Shown: piece by piece, positions 1-11,518 of the stretch
How positions within the stretch are numbered: position 1 is the first letter of the stretch
How the letters are laid out: the number at the start of each line of letters is the position of its first letter
Source: Fistulifera solaris
Lineage: Eukaryota
Direction: 5' to 3'
DNA: 64,000 nucleotides
Assembly: GCA_030295235.1 (NCBI GenBank)
Contig: AP026152.1
Coordinates: 434,001-498,000, forward strand
Made by a program: the position numbers and the translations under genes
Notes under the pieces: generated by a model
Databases searched by the model: none
What the model was told of the DNA's origin: nothing
What the model saw: the letters and a program-made list of their open reading frames with translations, nothing else

Positions 1-1086
1 CAAAATACTAATAATCTTACGAAGATACGAAATACACCCCACTTCAACAACCTTTTGTATAACAAATGCAACAACGAAAAAGAGATAACTTCGTCAGAAT
101 GTAATGGTTATCGTATCAACGCTGCCGATGGGAAAAGAATGAAGAAGTTATGTTTTTGTTATTTTTTTTTGTTTTTCGTTTGCGTTTTGTTGTCGCGATC
201 GTCCAATGATTTCCTGCTGTCGCAGAGGTTTTACCTGCGCGATTGACTGCCAGTCGTGCGTAGAGAACGGCGGTCATCGTCATTCGCAATCGTCCATCGT
301 GTCATCAACCAGCTGTCCGTTGAGCTGTCTCAGCTCCTATGTATCATACTGGCACGCGTGAGCGTACTTAATAGGAAACAACCGCAGCGACTGGACACAC
401 GATCGAATGCTATCGAACTTCAGAGCCACGTTGCGCCCCGTAGACTTTTGTACGGATCCGAAATAGCGGGAAAACTCACTCGAGGAAAAGTTTTTCTCTT
501 TCGTCGCTTTCGTCGTCTCCTCTCGCTTCGTTCACAACACAGCTCGCCTCGTGCTGTTGCTGTGTGTGACTTGGTTGTTCTCCTTTGCTTTCTTTTTCAA
601 TAGGGCCACCATTGCCCTCTCTTAATTATATTCTCATTTTTAAAAACAAAATTGTGAGTTGTAGTAGTTAATGGTGAACGCGTTGCAATGATAGAGACGA
701 ACTCTTCCATTTTGTTCGGTTGCCTGCGGTGTTAGTGCGTAAAGGAGTACCGACGGACAGGCGAACGAAGAGTCAACACGGCAAAAAAGTCGCTGTTTGT
801 TTCCTCAGCGCATTCTTGTCTTGCATTTCTTCCTATTGCTCATTCTTTGATTATGCATTCTTTGCTTTAACAGTAAGGATTAATTAAAAAGACAGCAAAC
901 TAGGGAACAGTCGGGGAAGTCTCACTCCTCTTTAGGGAGTCATCTTGCTTTTCGCGTCCTTGTTGGACTTTTTTCGGAAATAGGCACCGAAATCGACAGC
1001 TTGTTATCTACTTTACGATCGCCGAGAAAAAGTTGAACTTGCCTGGTTCTGCATTTTTCATCAATATCGAAAAGTTCTGCTTGTTT

Positions 1087-2735
1087 ATGAATCAAACAAT
1101 GGCAACAGTATCGACGATGAATCGACCTCCCCGCCCGGTCGCTCCGCCCCCAATGGCACGGAGCGGCCTCCCCGACCCCCTACAAAACCCCCACCGCCCC
1201 CACCCCCGCGCAAAAGCGCTCCTCCCCCACCACCTTCATCGACAAAACGCCCGGGGCTTCCGAATGACGAACATGAACCTGAGATTAAAAAACGTCGCGG
1301 TTCGGTTTCGATAATGGCACCGGTTGTGATGCGTGACGTGAACGTCTTTGACAAGAAACATCAAGTTGGTCAAGGTACGTTTTTCGCGGGAGAGCATTAA
1401 ACCTTGGAACTTCTTTTCTCAATTCGCGTTCTGTTTCATCCTTTAAAGGTACATATGGTAGTGTTTTTGTCGGCCAAGACAAAGTCACTCGCGAAATCGT
1501 TGCTCTGAAACGTATCAATACGGAACAAGAAGAGAACGGTTTCCCCATTACCGCTATTCGCGAAGTCAAAATCTTAAAAGCTCTGCGACATGTCAATATT
1601 GTCAACTTGAAGGAGATTGTCACGTCAAAGGGTGCGTGCATGCTGTTTTCTGTGTGTTGACTGGCGGAAATAAAGTTTCGCGTGTTGTTGCGCTTTCCAC
1701 GAAGCAGTACGCAGTTCTGTCCGCCTACATGAAACGGCAGTTATCTATCACAGGTCGTGCTCTTTTTCTCGCCCGCTCTGTATACACCCTGCCACAATGT
1801 TTGTGCTGTTGTTGTGTTCGTATTATGTTTGCAAAGCCCGTCACAATCATTCTGACGTTCTTCGTTTTTCACCATTTTTGTTTGGGTGTTGCGTTGGTGC
1901 CACTTTAGAACAAGGTGAAATCCCGAAGAACGTATTTATGGTCTTTGAGTACCTCGAGTATGATCTTACGGGAGTTTTGGACACTCCCGAGATCCGCTTT
2001 ACTCAAGACCACATTAAGTCATGGTCTCAGCAGCTTCTCAGCGGAGTTCACTACATGCATATCAACAAGGTCATTCATCGCGATCTCAAGTCGTCGAACT
2101 TGCTTATTAATAAGAAAGGGCAGCTTAAGATTGCGGACTGGGGTCTTGCTCGTAGCTGGAACGATGAGATGAAGCGATTGACCAACAAGGTCATCACGCT
2201 TTGGTACCGACCTCCCGAACTGTTGCTTGGCTGTGCGAAGTACACGTCCAAGATCGACATGTGGAGTGTTGGTTGCATCATTGCTGAGATGTTCCGCAGA
2301 ACCGGACTGTTCAAAGGATCGAGCGAAGCCACTCAGCTTGACTTGATCTTCCGCACGTGTGGCCACCCGAGCGAAGAAAATTGGCCTCATATCAATGAGA
2401 TGTGTCCTCTCTGGCGGAAGTTCGAGCCGAAAGAAAACGAGCGATTGCCCGATCGTTTACGCGAGGCTTTGAAGGCCAACCTTCCTCGTCCGGAATGGAT
2501 GACAGAGAACGCCATCAGTCTTATTTCCAAACTCATAACTATGGACCCTAACCAGCGTTGGTCCGCGTTGGAGGCGCTAGATGCTGATTACTTTTTCGAA
2601 AATCCCATCGTGAAGACGGCTGACAAGCTTTCTATGAACTTTTCCGTCCATTCTGTTCACGAGTGGGAATGTCGCCGTAAATTTGAGCAGAAAATGGCTC
2701 AGGCTAGAGCTCAGCAAGCAACCGCCAACAATTAA
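1087..2735 (+). CDS. CDKC: Cyclin-dependent kinase, C-type (CDK9/12/13-like, PITAIRE), with Pro-rich N-terminus; introns 1375-1448 and 1632-1908
   Basis: Spliced translation gives VGQG/TYGSVF...VALKRI...GFPITAIREVKILKALRH...HRDLKSSN...IADWGLAR...VITLWYRPPELLLG. Both introns are GT-AG and keep frame. The start is uncertain: ATG 1087 is one base out of frame with the Pro-rich region, and the first in-frame ATG is 1314. Confidence 0.93.
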
Positions 2736-2834
2736 AAAAAACTCCACAAAAATACACCGTTACTCCAGGCAACCCAACTTCATGTGTAGTGTTTCGTGCA
2801 ACCTTCGACAAACGGATTATTCTCCTCTTTCTGC

Positions 2835-2855
2835 TTCTCTCTCTCTCTCCTCTCT
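2835..2855. repeat. (CT)n microsatellite downstream of the CDK stop codon
   Basis: ttctctctctctctcctctct read directly. Confidence 0.7.
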
Positions 2856-3035
2856 GACTAAAACATAGAAAAATTATCCACAGCTCGATTAACTTAGTCA
2901 ATTATTTATGCACAAACACGTTAGTATAGGTAGCTTTTCCTATCAAGTTGACACAATGTCTTTTCGTTGTTCTTCTAATAATTTATAAATGTAGATAGTA
3001 GCTTTCGTCCGTAGCCATTTGTCGGCCCGATCACT

Positions 3036-3848
3036 TCAATTGCAACCTTGACCGCCTCCTGCGACGGCACGATAGTAACGATTGTCACAATAGGTCGGTC
3101 GGCTGCCACTGCTCGATGCCGCTTGCTCGGCCAATTTCTCATCGTAGCGCAGCTGACTCAGCATGTCCGGATCGTACTGATCAAACATTGGTTTCGCCGA
3201 GTTTGCCGCATTGAATGCAATGACGGATGCGAAACATAAGGCCGCCGTCGCCATGGTGAATTTCTTGAGACGCTCCACAACGGGCTTGACTTCATTGGCA
3301 TACAAGAATCGGTCACGCTGTAATTCGGTCGGAGTTTTCATTTCAATATCACCGTCATACCATCCCGTTTCTTCGTATTCAATTACTTTGGAAGTTAATC
3401 TCTGACCCAGATAATCCCACCCGGAATAAAGACGAATCATGACGACCATGACCAGAAAGATAGCTCCGACATTCGCGGCGGCCAGTTTTTGTACTAAATA
3501 TCCTTCCTGTGTAAATGTCGCACCCGCAATCGGATAGCAGACCGCTGCAAATGAAATCGAATACAGTAGAACGAGACGTGTCAACAAGCCTTTGCTTCCG
3601 GATTCTTTGTTGGCCCAGCCGAACATGGGTTGATTCGAAACATCCATGTATTCATTGACGGGCCGTTGTGCTTCAGGAACTGCTTCGGCCCCAAAGCTAG
3701 TGTCGGGCAGTAACTTTTCGAACTCTTCACTGTTCGTACTCGACAGACATCGAGTCGGTCGCGTTTGACTCGGCATTTGAAATCCGGAACTGATGTTAAT
3801 GCCCAGCACCACCATCGAAATGCAAAAACTCAACCACAATTTCGTCAT
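3036..3848 (-). CDS. Plastid-targeted CGLD27/Ycf36 (DUF1230) membrane protein
   Basis: Motif RLYSGWDYLGQRLTSKVIEYEETGWYDG, three hydrophobic segments, signal peptide ending SSG-F. Confidence 0.85.
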   Translation of the reverse strand: MTKLWLSFCISMVVLGINISSGFQMPSQTRPTRCLSSTNSEEFEKLLPDTSFGAEAVPEAQRPVNEYMDVSNQPMFGWANKESGSKGLLTRLVLLYSISFAAVCYPIAGATFTQEGYLVQKLAAANVGAIFLVMVVMIRLYSGWDYLGQRLTSKVIEYEETGWYDGDIEMKTPTELQRDRFLYANEVKPVVERLKKFTMATAALCFASVIAFNAANSAKPMFDQYDPDMLSQLRYDEKLAEQAASSSGSRPTYCDNRYYRAVAGGGQGCN

Positions 3849-4338
3849 GTTGATTGAGGTTACAAATGATTTTATAAGGGACCGCGAAGACAGACTGTTT
3901 CAATCAATTCCTTTTGTAAACGAGAACTAAATGGTGAACGAAAGCTCAAATCGATCTTCTTTCTCAATCGAAATAAGAGATAAACACCGCTTCTTCTGTT
4001 TCGAAATGCACCAAAATGGAACAGAAAAAAGGACGAGAAAGGCAACGACGAGAAAGCAACGAGTGTTTTTACACTCCAACTTTGTGTACTTCGGAAGCTG
4101 CGTGCTGCGTCAGCTTACTTTTGCATGCAGTGTCCGGAGCGTGCTGCGCCCGTGTTGAACCGGTCCGACATGGTAGCGGATTGATAATGTGACCGATTTT
4201 TTGAAAGGAAATGCTAGGATCTATAATTCGAACATCACAGCATTCTTGATTGACAATGAACTACTATAACCTTCTGAAACGGTCTTTTACTCGAGTTTCG
4301 TGTCATAGCTCCTGGGAAGCTACTACATCTGTCTTTTC

Positions 4339-5323
4339 TTAAGCAAGTGGCTTACCATCGGCACCTAATAAGCCACCACCGGCTCGATTCTTTTCCAGTC
4401 TCTTTCCATCCGCTCCTAACAGCGTGGGTCCTCCACCAATTCCGGCAGACATGACTTCGAGTAATTGAATTTTGAAAAATAGGGTGGACCCTCCAGGAAT
4501 ACGCCCATCGGGAGTTCCCATTTCCCCGTATCCTTGTTCTGGAGGAATACCCAGCATCGCGGTTTCACCCTGGTGCATTTTCAACACACCATCCCGCCAA
4601 CCGGGAATGACACCCGCCAAAGGAAACACAACTGGATCACCCGATAATGTGGTATCAAAGATTGTGCCGTCAGCCAAGGTACCGTGATAATGGATCTTCA
4701 CCGTACTGGATTTGGTGGGACGAATGCCGTTTCCTTTTCCTTCCGGGCCATATTCCAAGACATGCAAAACAACACCCGAGTCCAATACTTCAACTCCTTC
4801 TGTTTTCTTCATTTCTTCTAACATTTCTCGGCCAGCACTTTCCATTCGCTCTTTAATAGCGTTGCTGTTGAGGCAAAACATGAAGCAAGGCATTCGACAT
4901 GAGACGACGACAAAACTATGACCAAGCATCCGAAAATTTCACTCACGCTCGTTGTGTAATGAGTTCATTGAGTTCTCCTCCACGACGCTGCAATAGTTCA
5001 CGCTGTCCTTCATTCGCCAATCGTCCAATTACCGTATCCAACAATCCCTTGGCCACACACGTCAACTCGGCACTATTTTCCACCAAGGGTCGAACATCCC
5101 CCAACTGGCGTGCTAAATTGACGCCCAAAGCATACACCAGCTCTTCGTGCGAGCCCGCTTCGTACGGAGACTTTTCAATGTTGGCGACCATTTCGGTGGA
5201 CGACGACTCTTCTGCTAAACACAGACGATGCTCTTTCCGTGTCGACAAGTTGACATTGAACGCATGCGTGGCAGCAGGCAAAGCCGCACATATCAGTATT
5301 AGGGACAGTTGAGAGAATAGCAT
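4339..5323 (-). CDS. Plastid-targeted FKBP-type peptidyl-prolyl isomerase (FkpA/Mip-like N-domain + FKBP domain); intron 4865-4946
   Basis: VKIHYHGTLADGTIFDT, VIPGWRDGVLKM, IPPEQGYG, IPGGSTLFFKIQLL; YALGVNLARQL N-domain; signal peptide ...ATHA-F; the GT-AG intron joins the two ORFs in frame. Confidence 0.9.
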
Positions 5324-5651
5324 GACAACGAGTGGATTGAAAGCCTTGTTGGATGCGAACACTGTCTCGATTGCAAAAACAACAATGAAAAGGAACCATC
5401 AAAAATTGTGCGGTGCTCGCTTTTCTATTATCCTTCGATTTTTGCCGACGGACATCCTGTTAGTACCGGTGTGAGCTTGAAAACGGTTTTACTATGGACA
5501 AAAGTGTAGACTGGTTTCAGTCATGATTGATTTTACCCTTTTCTAATGTTTGTTAGAAGTACATCGCTATTAGCAAAATATATCTACAATTGAATTTTGG
5601 ATCTGTGGACCGAACAATAGAAAGGACTGCCCAAGCGCGATGGCTGCGATA

Positions 5652-7252
5652 TCACGGTTCCATGATCTCTTGCAGCCATGATTCAACTAACTGAGCGACT
5701 TGGGAATGTACTAGCTGGACATCAGGCGTATCTTCTTGAAGCTGATGTGTCAGATCCGAGTGGTGTGCGCCGTTTTCCATTGTCAACACGACAACGTCCG
5801 CAAACGATTCCGGATAGGAGGTAGGATACCATCCATCGTTCTTTCCGTTCGTCAAAACCAACCGCGTAGTGTTTGTCAAGTCCGATAAAGCAAATACTTT
5901 TTCCATGTAGTCGGGATCCATTAAAATGTCAAAATTGTTTCGGCAGTAGTCAGCGTCTTTATGTAAATCGTATGGGTGTTGAGGCCACATGCTGTGCTCT
6001 GATTTGCCGATCATGGGCACCAGATAACAACACAGCGCACCCCACAAGTCATCGTCATCATCGTCATCGCTTGCAGAACTCATCGAGTGACACTCACTTG
6101 AGCCGGAAATCATTTCAATATATTCCTTTATGCGCTGTGCGACCGAGATTTGCGTGTTTTCAAAGGTCGAGCATCCCTGAAAGAATTGCCGTTCAGGATC
6201 GGGTGGGTAGTAGTCCATTAACGTGTTTCCAAAGTTGGACGATGTGTAGCCGATAATCTCCCGGGCAACGTCTACACCCAGCATGTCTTTACTGAGATCC
6301 GAGCAAATACCATAATCCGTCACTTTCCTAAGAGTTCTCCATGATGCGTAATCGGATTGAGATCCGCTTGCACTTGGGCTACAACGGATCTCACGGCGTC
6401 GGAGCAACCTTGTGACACTCGATCCGCTACTTGAGTAATATAATCATAATAAGCATAAGGACTGCTTGCATGCTGAAAAGAAAGAGACAAGGAGAAGCAG
6501 CGTAGGCCATATCAATCATGTCCGGAAACGATTTGCGCAAGAGAACCGACAAGAGACCAGCATACGACCCCCCTACTGTCAGGACGGGACAGTAGGTTGC
6601 TGAGCCACGAGGTCCACAGCCCAGTTCCTTTCTTTTAAACTGAACAAAATAAAGATAGTCTTGTATGGCCTGTCTGGGTGTAAGTTGTTGTCGAATGTCC
6701 TGAGCCGTGAAATTTTGAACCGGAAAGGACTCACCAAAATATCTACAAAGATTAAAGAAAAAAGAGCATCAGCACGCCCTTCTTAACTCAACTTCACAAC
6801 TTAAGCATAAGGTACGCACCGGTGTTCAGGATTAAAGGTGGCGGCATCAAATCGTTCCGCCAAAACTTCCGAGACGAAAGGATAGAGGATTCGTTCCAGG
6901 GGCCCTTCTGCCTCCAATGAGATTCTCATATATGATTGAGTAAATGTGAGCGATATGGATCAATCGGATTCGTCGCGGATACCAGCTCGACGACGGCGGT
7001 TGGCTGCAACACGGTAGAATCAGTAATGGGGGTCTCGGTAAAGGCAAAGAGCAACGCTAAAAACGCCCAACAAAAGCCCATTCCTATTGACAACGTTATC
7101 CCGTTCGTGCTGTTGGTAGGACTTTCGAAGCATGGCTCAACGGATGACGAATCCGATGAAAACGCCGAAGAGGAGTCGTCGCTCTTTTCGTCATCTTCTG
7201 GGACGTCACTCCACGACAAATCCGAAAGAATACTTCCGTAATTTGAGTTCAT
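5652..7252 (-). pseudogene. Serine carboxypeptidase S28 family (Pro-X carboxypeptidase-like), frameshifted, possibly decayed; intron 6743-6819
   Basis: Reconstructed across frames: N-terminal TM anchor, EGPLERILYPF, EHR/YFGES across the intron, TVGGSYAG nucleophile motif, NGKNDGW, NGAHHSDL. Needs at least 3 frame changes (~6960, ~6470, ~6330). Confidence 0.7.
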
Positions 7253-7631
7253 GGTTATAAATGGTCAAAAGGCTTCAGCAGTGACTATTGCGGTATCATC
7301 GGGCTTCGTAAAGTGTCAATAAAACATACTCCGGGGTATAAAGCGAAGGAATTTCAAAACGCCGTGGAAAAACAGAAAAAACATCATCAAAAGCAGTTGT
7401 CTCACTCCAATTAGGGTAAAGGATAAAAATTTTCAGGACTGGCTCATTATACTTCATTCACGCTTTCATGCTTTCACCTTTCACCCTACACTTTACCTGG
7501 TAGCGAACCAAACACTTTCTCTTTTGCTAAAGACACTCCTGAGATATAGTCTCATTTGCATCATTTCAGATAATAAACGAGAGAAGGCAGCTCAATAACA
7601 ACAACTGTAGGGGCATTCGTGATTCTGAACA

Positions 7632-9101
7632 CTATCCTCTTGTTACTGATTCGTGACTGCTGGCATCATCCTCTTCCGACTCGCTGCTCTCATTTTCGCC
7701 TCTTTTATCATTGTTTAACGTAGCCACCGATCGATAAGCGCGATATTCGTCACCTCTGAACTCGTCGTACCTGTCCTCATATCGATCTTCCCCTTCAAAA
7801 AGACGACACGTATCCGCGATGCGATCATTGATACTCTGTTTTCGTGGTACCAAGGCATCCGAGATCCGCGATCTAGCCCATAAGCGAAAGACTTCCGAAA
7901 CCGAATCAAGAAGAGATGATATGGTTACGGGGTTCAGTAAAGTCGTGCGGGTCGCCACTTCCGTTATATTTTCCGCTATCTGAGGTAGCATTGCGAATTC
8001 TTCGTCGACATCCAACTCATCCAGTATCAACGGGTACACTTGCTGAATGAATGGAACGGTAGAGAGCTCTGGGCGAAACTTGCCAGCTTTTATATTGATA
8101 CACCCGGGGTACGCTTTCAACAAGAGAATAAGTACTTCTTGAACAAGAGGTCGGTTGCAACGATTCGCTAGCATGTGTATCGGCAGATATCCATGGCCGC
8201 AAATCTGTTGACGGACCAGATCCGAATGTTCAGAAATGAGATAGCGGCATATTTTGGCGACATTTGGCGTGCATCTGTTGGGAAATCCGAAGTCGTCCAA
8301 CTCGATGCCAAATCGGCGTGAAAATTCAAGATTTTCGTCTCGCTCGGCAAGAGCAGAGCAAACTTCATGTAGCAAAGTATACCCGTGTTCAGTCCTGTGA
8401 TGCACTGCCTTTGGATACTGCTCAGCCATCCAAATGAAGGTATCTGCGTCGGGCATTTCAGATCCTGACAGGCTTATTACTAGTGGGTAGCCGCCCATGA
8501 ACTTTGTACTGTCCTTTTCTCGAAGTCCTTGCGGGTTTAACTCGTAAAACTTTCGGATGGTTACATTGGAAATTTGTTGATTGGCGTACCACCGGATCAT
8601 ATCGAAGTGCGGCTTCTTCTTTTGGCATACGTTGTGCTCGAACACCCATGGGTAGCACTCCAGGATCCAAGGAAGCAGCAAATCGCAGCTTCGTGCATGA
8701 TTCGCAATCAAATGAATAGGCGCGAGCTTCATTTTCTTACTGTATTCATGCCGCTCCCATACTAGTGCATGCGGATTTGCTTCGATGAGAAACCGGGTGA
8801 TGTCGGGGCCTGCGTAGCTGAACTTCTCACACACCACGTACAGCAACGAGCGCATATCTCTTTTATCATTCGTAAAAATAGTTCGGGTAAGGATAGGATG
8901 AGCCGAGACTGCTTCTTTGATGTGTTGTATCCAAGGCACAGCAAAAACTTCCCCATAATCGACACCTACATCTTCTACCTCCGCTTCGTTGTAGACCACA
9001 TTGCAGCTTTCTTCAAACAACGCGAAGAGCTCTTTCTGCAAAACTGGATCCAACTCCGTATCTAAGATTGGCTCGAGAGATGCGGGTACGTCATATGACA
9101 T
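7632..9101 (-). CDS. Array paralog A: uncharacterised protein with degenerate ankyrin-like repeats and acidic tail (489 aa)
   Basis: Intact intronless ORF with family motifs MSYDVP..PILDTEL, AHPILTRT, FLIEANPHAL, YPWVF, FYELNPQGL, PDADTFIWMAEQYP, GYLPIHMLANRCNRPLVQ. Confidence 0.85.
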   Translation of the reverse strand: MSYDVPASLEPILDTELDPVLQKELFALFEESCNVVYNEAEVEDVGVDYGEVFAVPWIQHIKEAVSAHPILTRTIFTNDKRDMRSLLYVVCEKFSYAGPDITRFLIEANPHALVWERHEYSKKMKLAPIHLIANHARSCDLLLPWILECYPWVFEHNVCQKKKPHFDMIRWYANQQISNVTIRKFYELNPQGLREKDSTKFMGGYPLVISLSGSEMPDADTFIWMAEQYPKAVHHRTEHGYTLLHEVCSALAERDENLEFSRRFGIELDDFGFPNRCTPNVAKICRYLISEHSDLVRQQICGHGYLPIHMLANRCNRPLVQEVLILLLKAYPGCINIKAGKFRPELSTVPFIQQVYPLILDELDVDEEFAMLPQIAENITEVATRTTLLNPVTISSLLDSVSEVFRLWARSRISDALVPRKQSINDRIADTCRLFEGEDRYEDRYDEFRGDEYRAYRSVATLNNDKRGENESSESEEDDASSHESVTRG

Positions 9102-9604
9102 CTTGGTTTGCTGATTCTAAATCTCAGGAGGTGATATGCTCGTCGACAAAAATAATGCAAAGAAAAACTCGGAATAGACGACGAAACATAAACGCGCGAC
9201 GGTCTGTTGTCGATGCGGGCGATGTTATTTAAAGCCACTAAGACTAATGTTCGAGGGAGTTAAAGTCGTTGTAACTAGATAGGGCTTGTAATGAATGCTT
9301 CCGGTGTTTTCATAGTATCAAATGGAGAAGGAGGCTACAACAGTGATCGGCGTCATTGGGGTTCAAAGCGTTAGAAGCGAGCAACATCAACCCTGTCGCG
9401 CAAAAAACATGAACACATTGTCTCACTCCAAATAGGATCTGATAGTTCCCAAGGCTGGCTGATAGTGTCTTTCACCGGATTACATTTTCTTGCGGAGGAA
9501 CTCTTGCGATTGCCTGATATGTGATATGCAATATGCAATACATCAAAAGAGAGCTACGGCGACTTGGACAATCTAGAAGGACTACCATGTACTTGTATCT
9601 TGTA

Positions 9605-11083
9605 TCATCTTTCTTCATGATGATTTATGAAGAAATTACTAGCATCGTCATCGTCTCTTCCGATTCGCTCTTCGTAACAATATCCATATCTCCTTAAGCC
9701 GTTAAACATAGTGACAGAAAGAAACGCAAGATATTCGTCACCGCCGAATCCGTCGTAGTTGTCCTCATAACGATCTTCCCCTTCAAAAAGAATACATGTA
9801 TCCGCGATGCGTTCATTGAGAGTCTGTCTTCGTGCCGACAAGACATCCGAGACTCGTAGATTAGTCCATAAGTGGAACACTTCTGAAACGGAACCAAAGA
9901 GAGAAGCTTTCTTGCTGGACTTGCCCGGCGCGTCCGTAGATGTCGTACGACTCGTCGGAAAGGCCCCCGCTTTAGCCATTTTTTCCGCTATGTGGAACAG
10001 CGTTGAAATTTCTTCGTCGATAGCCAGCTCATCCAGTATTAGCGGGTGCACTTGTTGAATGAATGGGACAGAGGAAAGTTCGGGACAAAATTTGCCGGCT
10101 TTAATGCTGACACAATCGGGGTATGCTCTCAACAAAAGAACTGCTATTTCTTGAACCAGCCGTCGATTGCAACGATTTGCTAGCATGTGTACAGGTAGGT
10201 ATCCGTGGCCTTGCACTTGTTGGCGAATTAAACTTGGGTGTTCGGCTATAAGAAAGCGGCATATCTTGGCGACATTGGGCGTGCATCTGGTGGGAAACCC
10301 GGCGTCGACAGCATTGCCGAGATGGCGCGCAGCTAATGTAGAGCAAACCTTATGCAACATAGTATATCCCCGTTTGTTTCTGTGATAAACTGCGTCTGGG
10401 TATTCTTGAGCCATCCAGATGAAGGTGTCTGCATCTGGCACTCCAGCTCCCGACATGCTTATCGTAAGTGGGTAGCCGCCCATATGTGGTTCATCGTCGT
10501 TTTCTCGAAGTCCTTGAGGGTATAATTCGTAAAAACGCCGGACAGTTTCAGTAGAAATTTGTTTCATGGCGTAAAACCGCATCATATTCAAGTGAGGTTT
10601 CTTCGTTCGGCATAGTTTGTGCTCAAACACCCACGGGTAGCGCTCCAGCATCCAAGGAAATAGCTCACAACCCCAAGCGCACTTCCCTATCAACAGGATA
10701 GGAATAAGTTTGGGTCCGATACTGTTACCACGCCGCTCCCAGAGAAGTGCATGCGGGTTTACTTCAATGAGAAATTTGGTAATATTGGGGCCCGCGTAAT
10801 TGAACTTTTCGCTAACAACATCTAATAGCGAGCGTATGTCCCCTTTTTCGTAGGCTGCAATAGTTCGAGCAAAGATAGGATGAGCCGAGACTTCTTCGCT
10901 AATGTGTTGAATCCAAGGCAGAGCAAAAGTTTCCGCGATATCGAAATCCAAGCGTTCCACCTCCGCCTCATTGAAGAAAATGTCGTAACTTTCTTCAAAC
11001 AGTGCCATGAACTTCTTCTGCAACTCCGGGTCCAATGCCGGAGCTAAGACGGGCTCAAACGAGTCCGGTGTATTGTTTGCCAT
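9605..11083 (-). CDS. Array paralog B (492 aa), closest relative of A
   Basis: Same motif series; tail FEGEDRYEDNYDGFGGDEYLAF matches A's FEGEDRYEDRYDEFRGDEYRAY. Confidence 0.85.
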   Translation of the reverse strand: MANNTPDSFEPVLAPALDPELQKKFMALFEESYDIFFNEAEVERLDFDIAETFALPWIQHISEEVSAHPIFARTIAAYEKGDIRSLLDVVSEKFNYAGPNITKFLIEVNPHALLWERRGNSIGPKLIPILLIGKCAWGCELFPWMLERYPWVFEHKLCRTKKPHLNMMRFYAMKQISTETVRRFYELYPQGLRENDDEPHMGGYPLTISMSGAGVPDADTFIWMAQEYPDAVYHRNKRGYTMLHKVCSTLAARHLGNAVDAGFPTRCTPNVAKICRFLIAEHPSLIRQQVQGHGYLPVHMLANRCNRRLVQEIAVLLLRAYPDCVSIKAGKFCPELSSVPFIQQVHPLILDELAIDEEISTLFHIAEKMAKAGAFPTSRTTSTDAPGKSSKKASLFGSVSEVFHLWTNLRVSDVLSARRQTLNERIADTCILFEGEDRYEDNYDGFGGDEYLAFLSVTMFNGLRRYGYCYEERIGRDDDDASNFFINHHEER

Positions 11084-11518
11084 GTTGAATCTTTAGAGAG
11101 TATGTTTTATAGAAAGAGCAAAGACGACGATGAGAAAATACGCGGAGTGAAAAGATCTTTTTCTACTTACTCCTATGCTCGTGATGCGATGCAACAAAAA
11201 CGTCGTGTGAACCATTAAGGTTCACGTTCAATGGGATTCATGACGCGAGACGAGTGACACGATGAACCAAGCTAACTATAGTGAATTAGTATCGGTAGGC
11301 CTATAAGAGATAAGATATACTCCCGTACTTGGTAATGTAATGATGATACTGAACCACGTTTGGCTATATATGCGTTAGCCGTAAAATATAGCCCCTAACA
11401 AAACTCCCCCTTGATGGCAAAACAATGCTTACCCGTTTTGGCCTGGTGCATCCCAGGCTTCCTTACTCGTTAGTAAATTACGCAGTTCAGGCATAAAAAA
11501 ATACTGACGCTATCCAAG

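Noticed and set aside
55..603. ORFs 55-246 and 256-603
   Set aside because: Non-ATG starts, low-complexity T- and CT-rich sequence and no recognisable motifs; looks like UTR or promoter DNA
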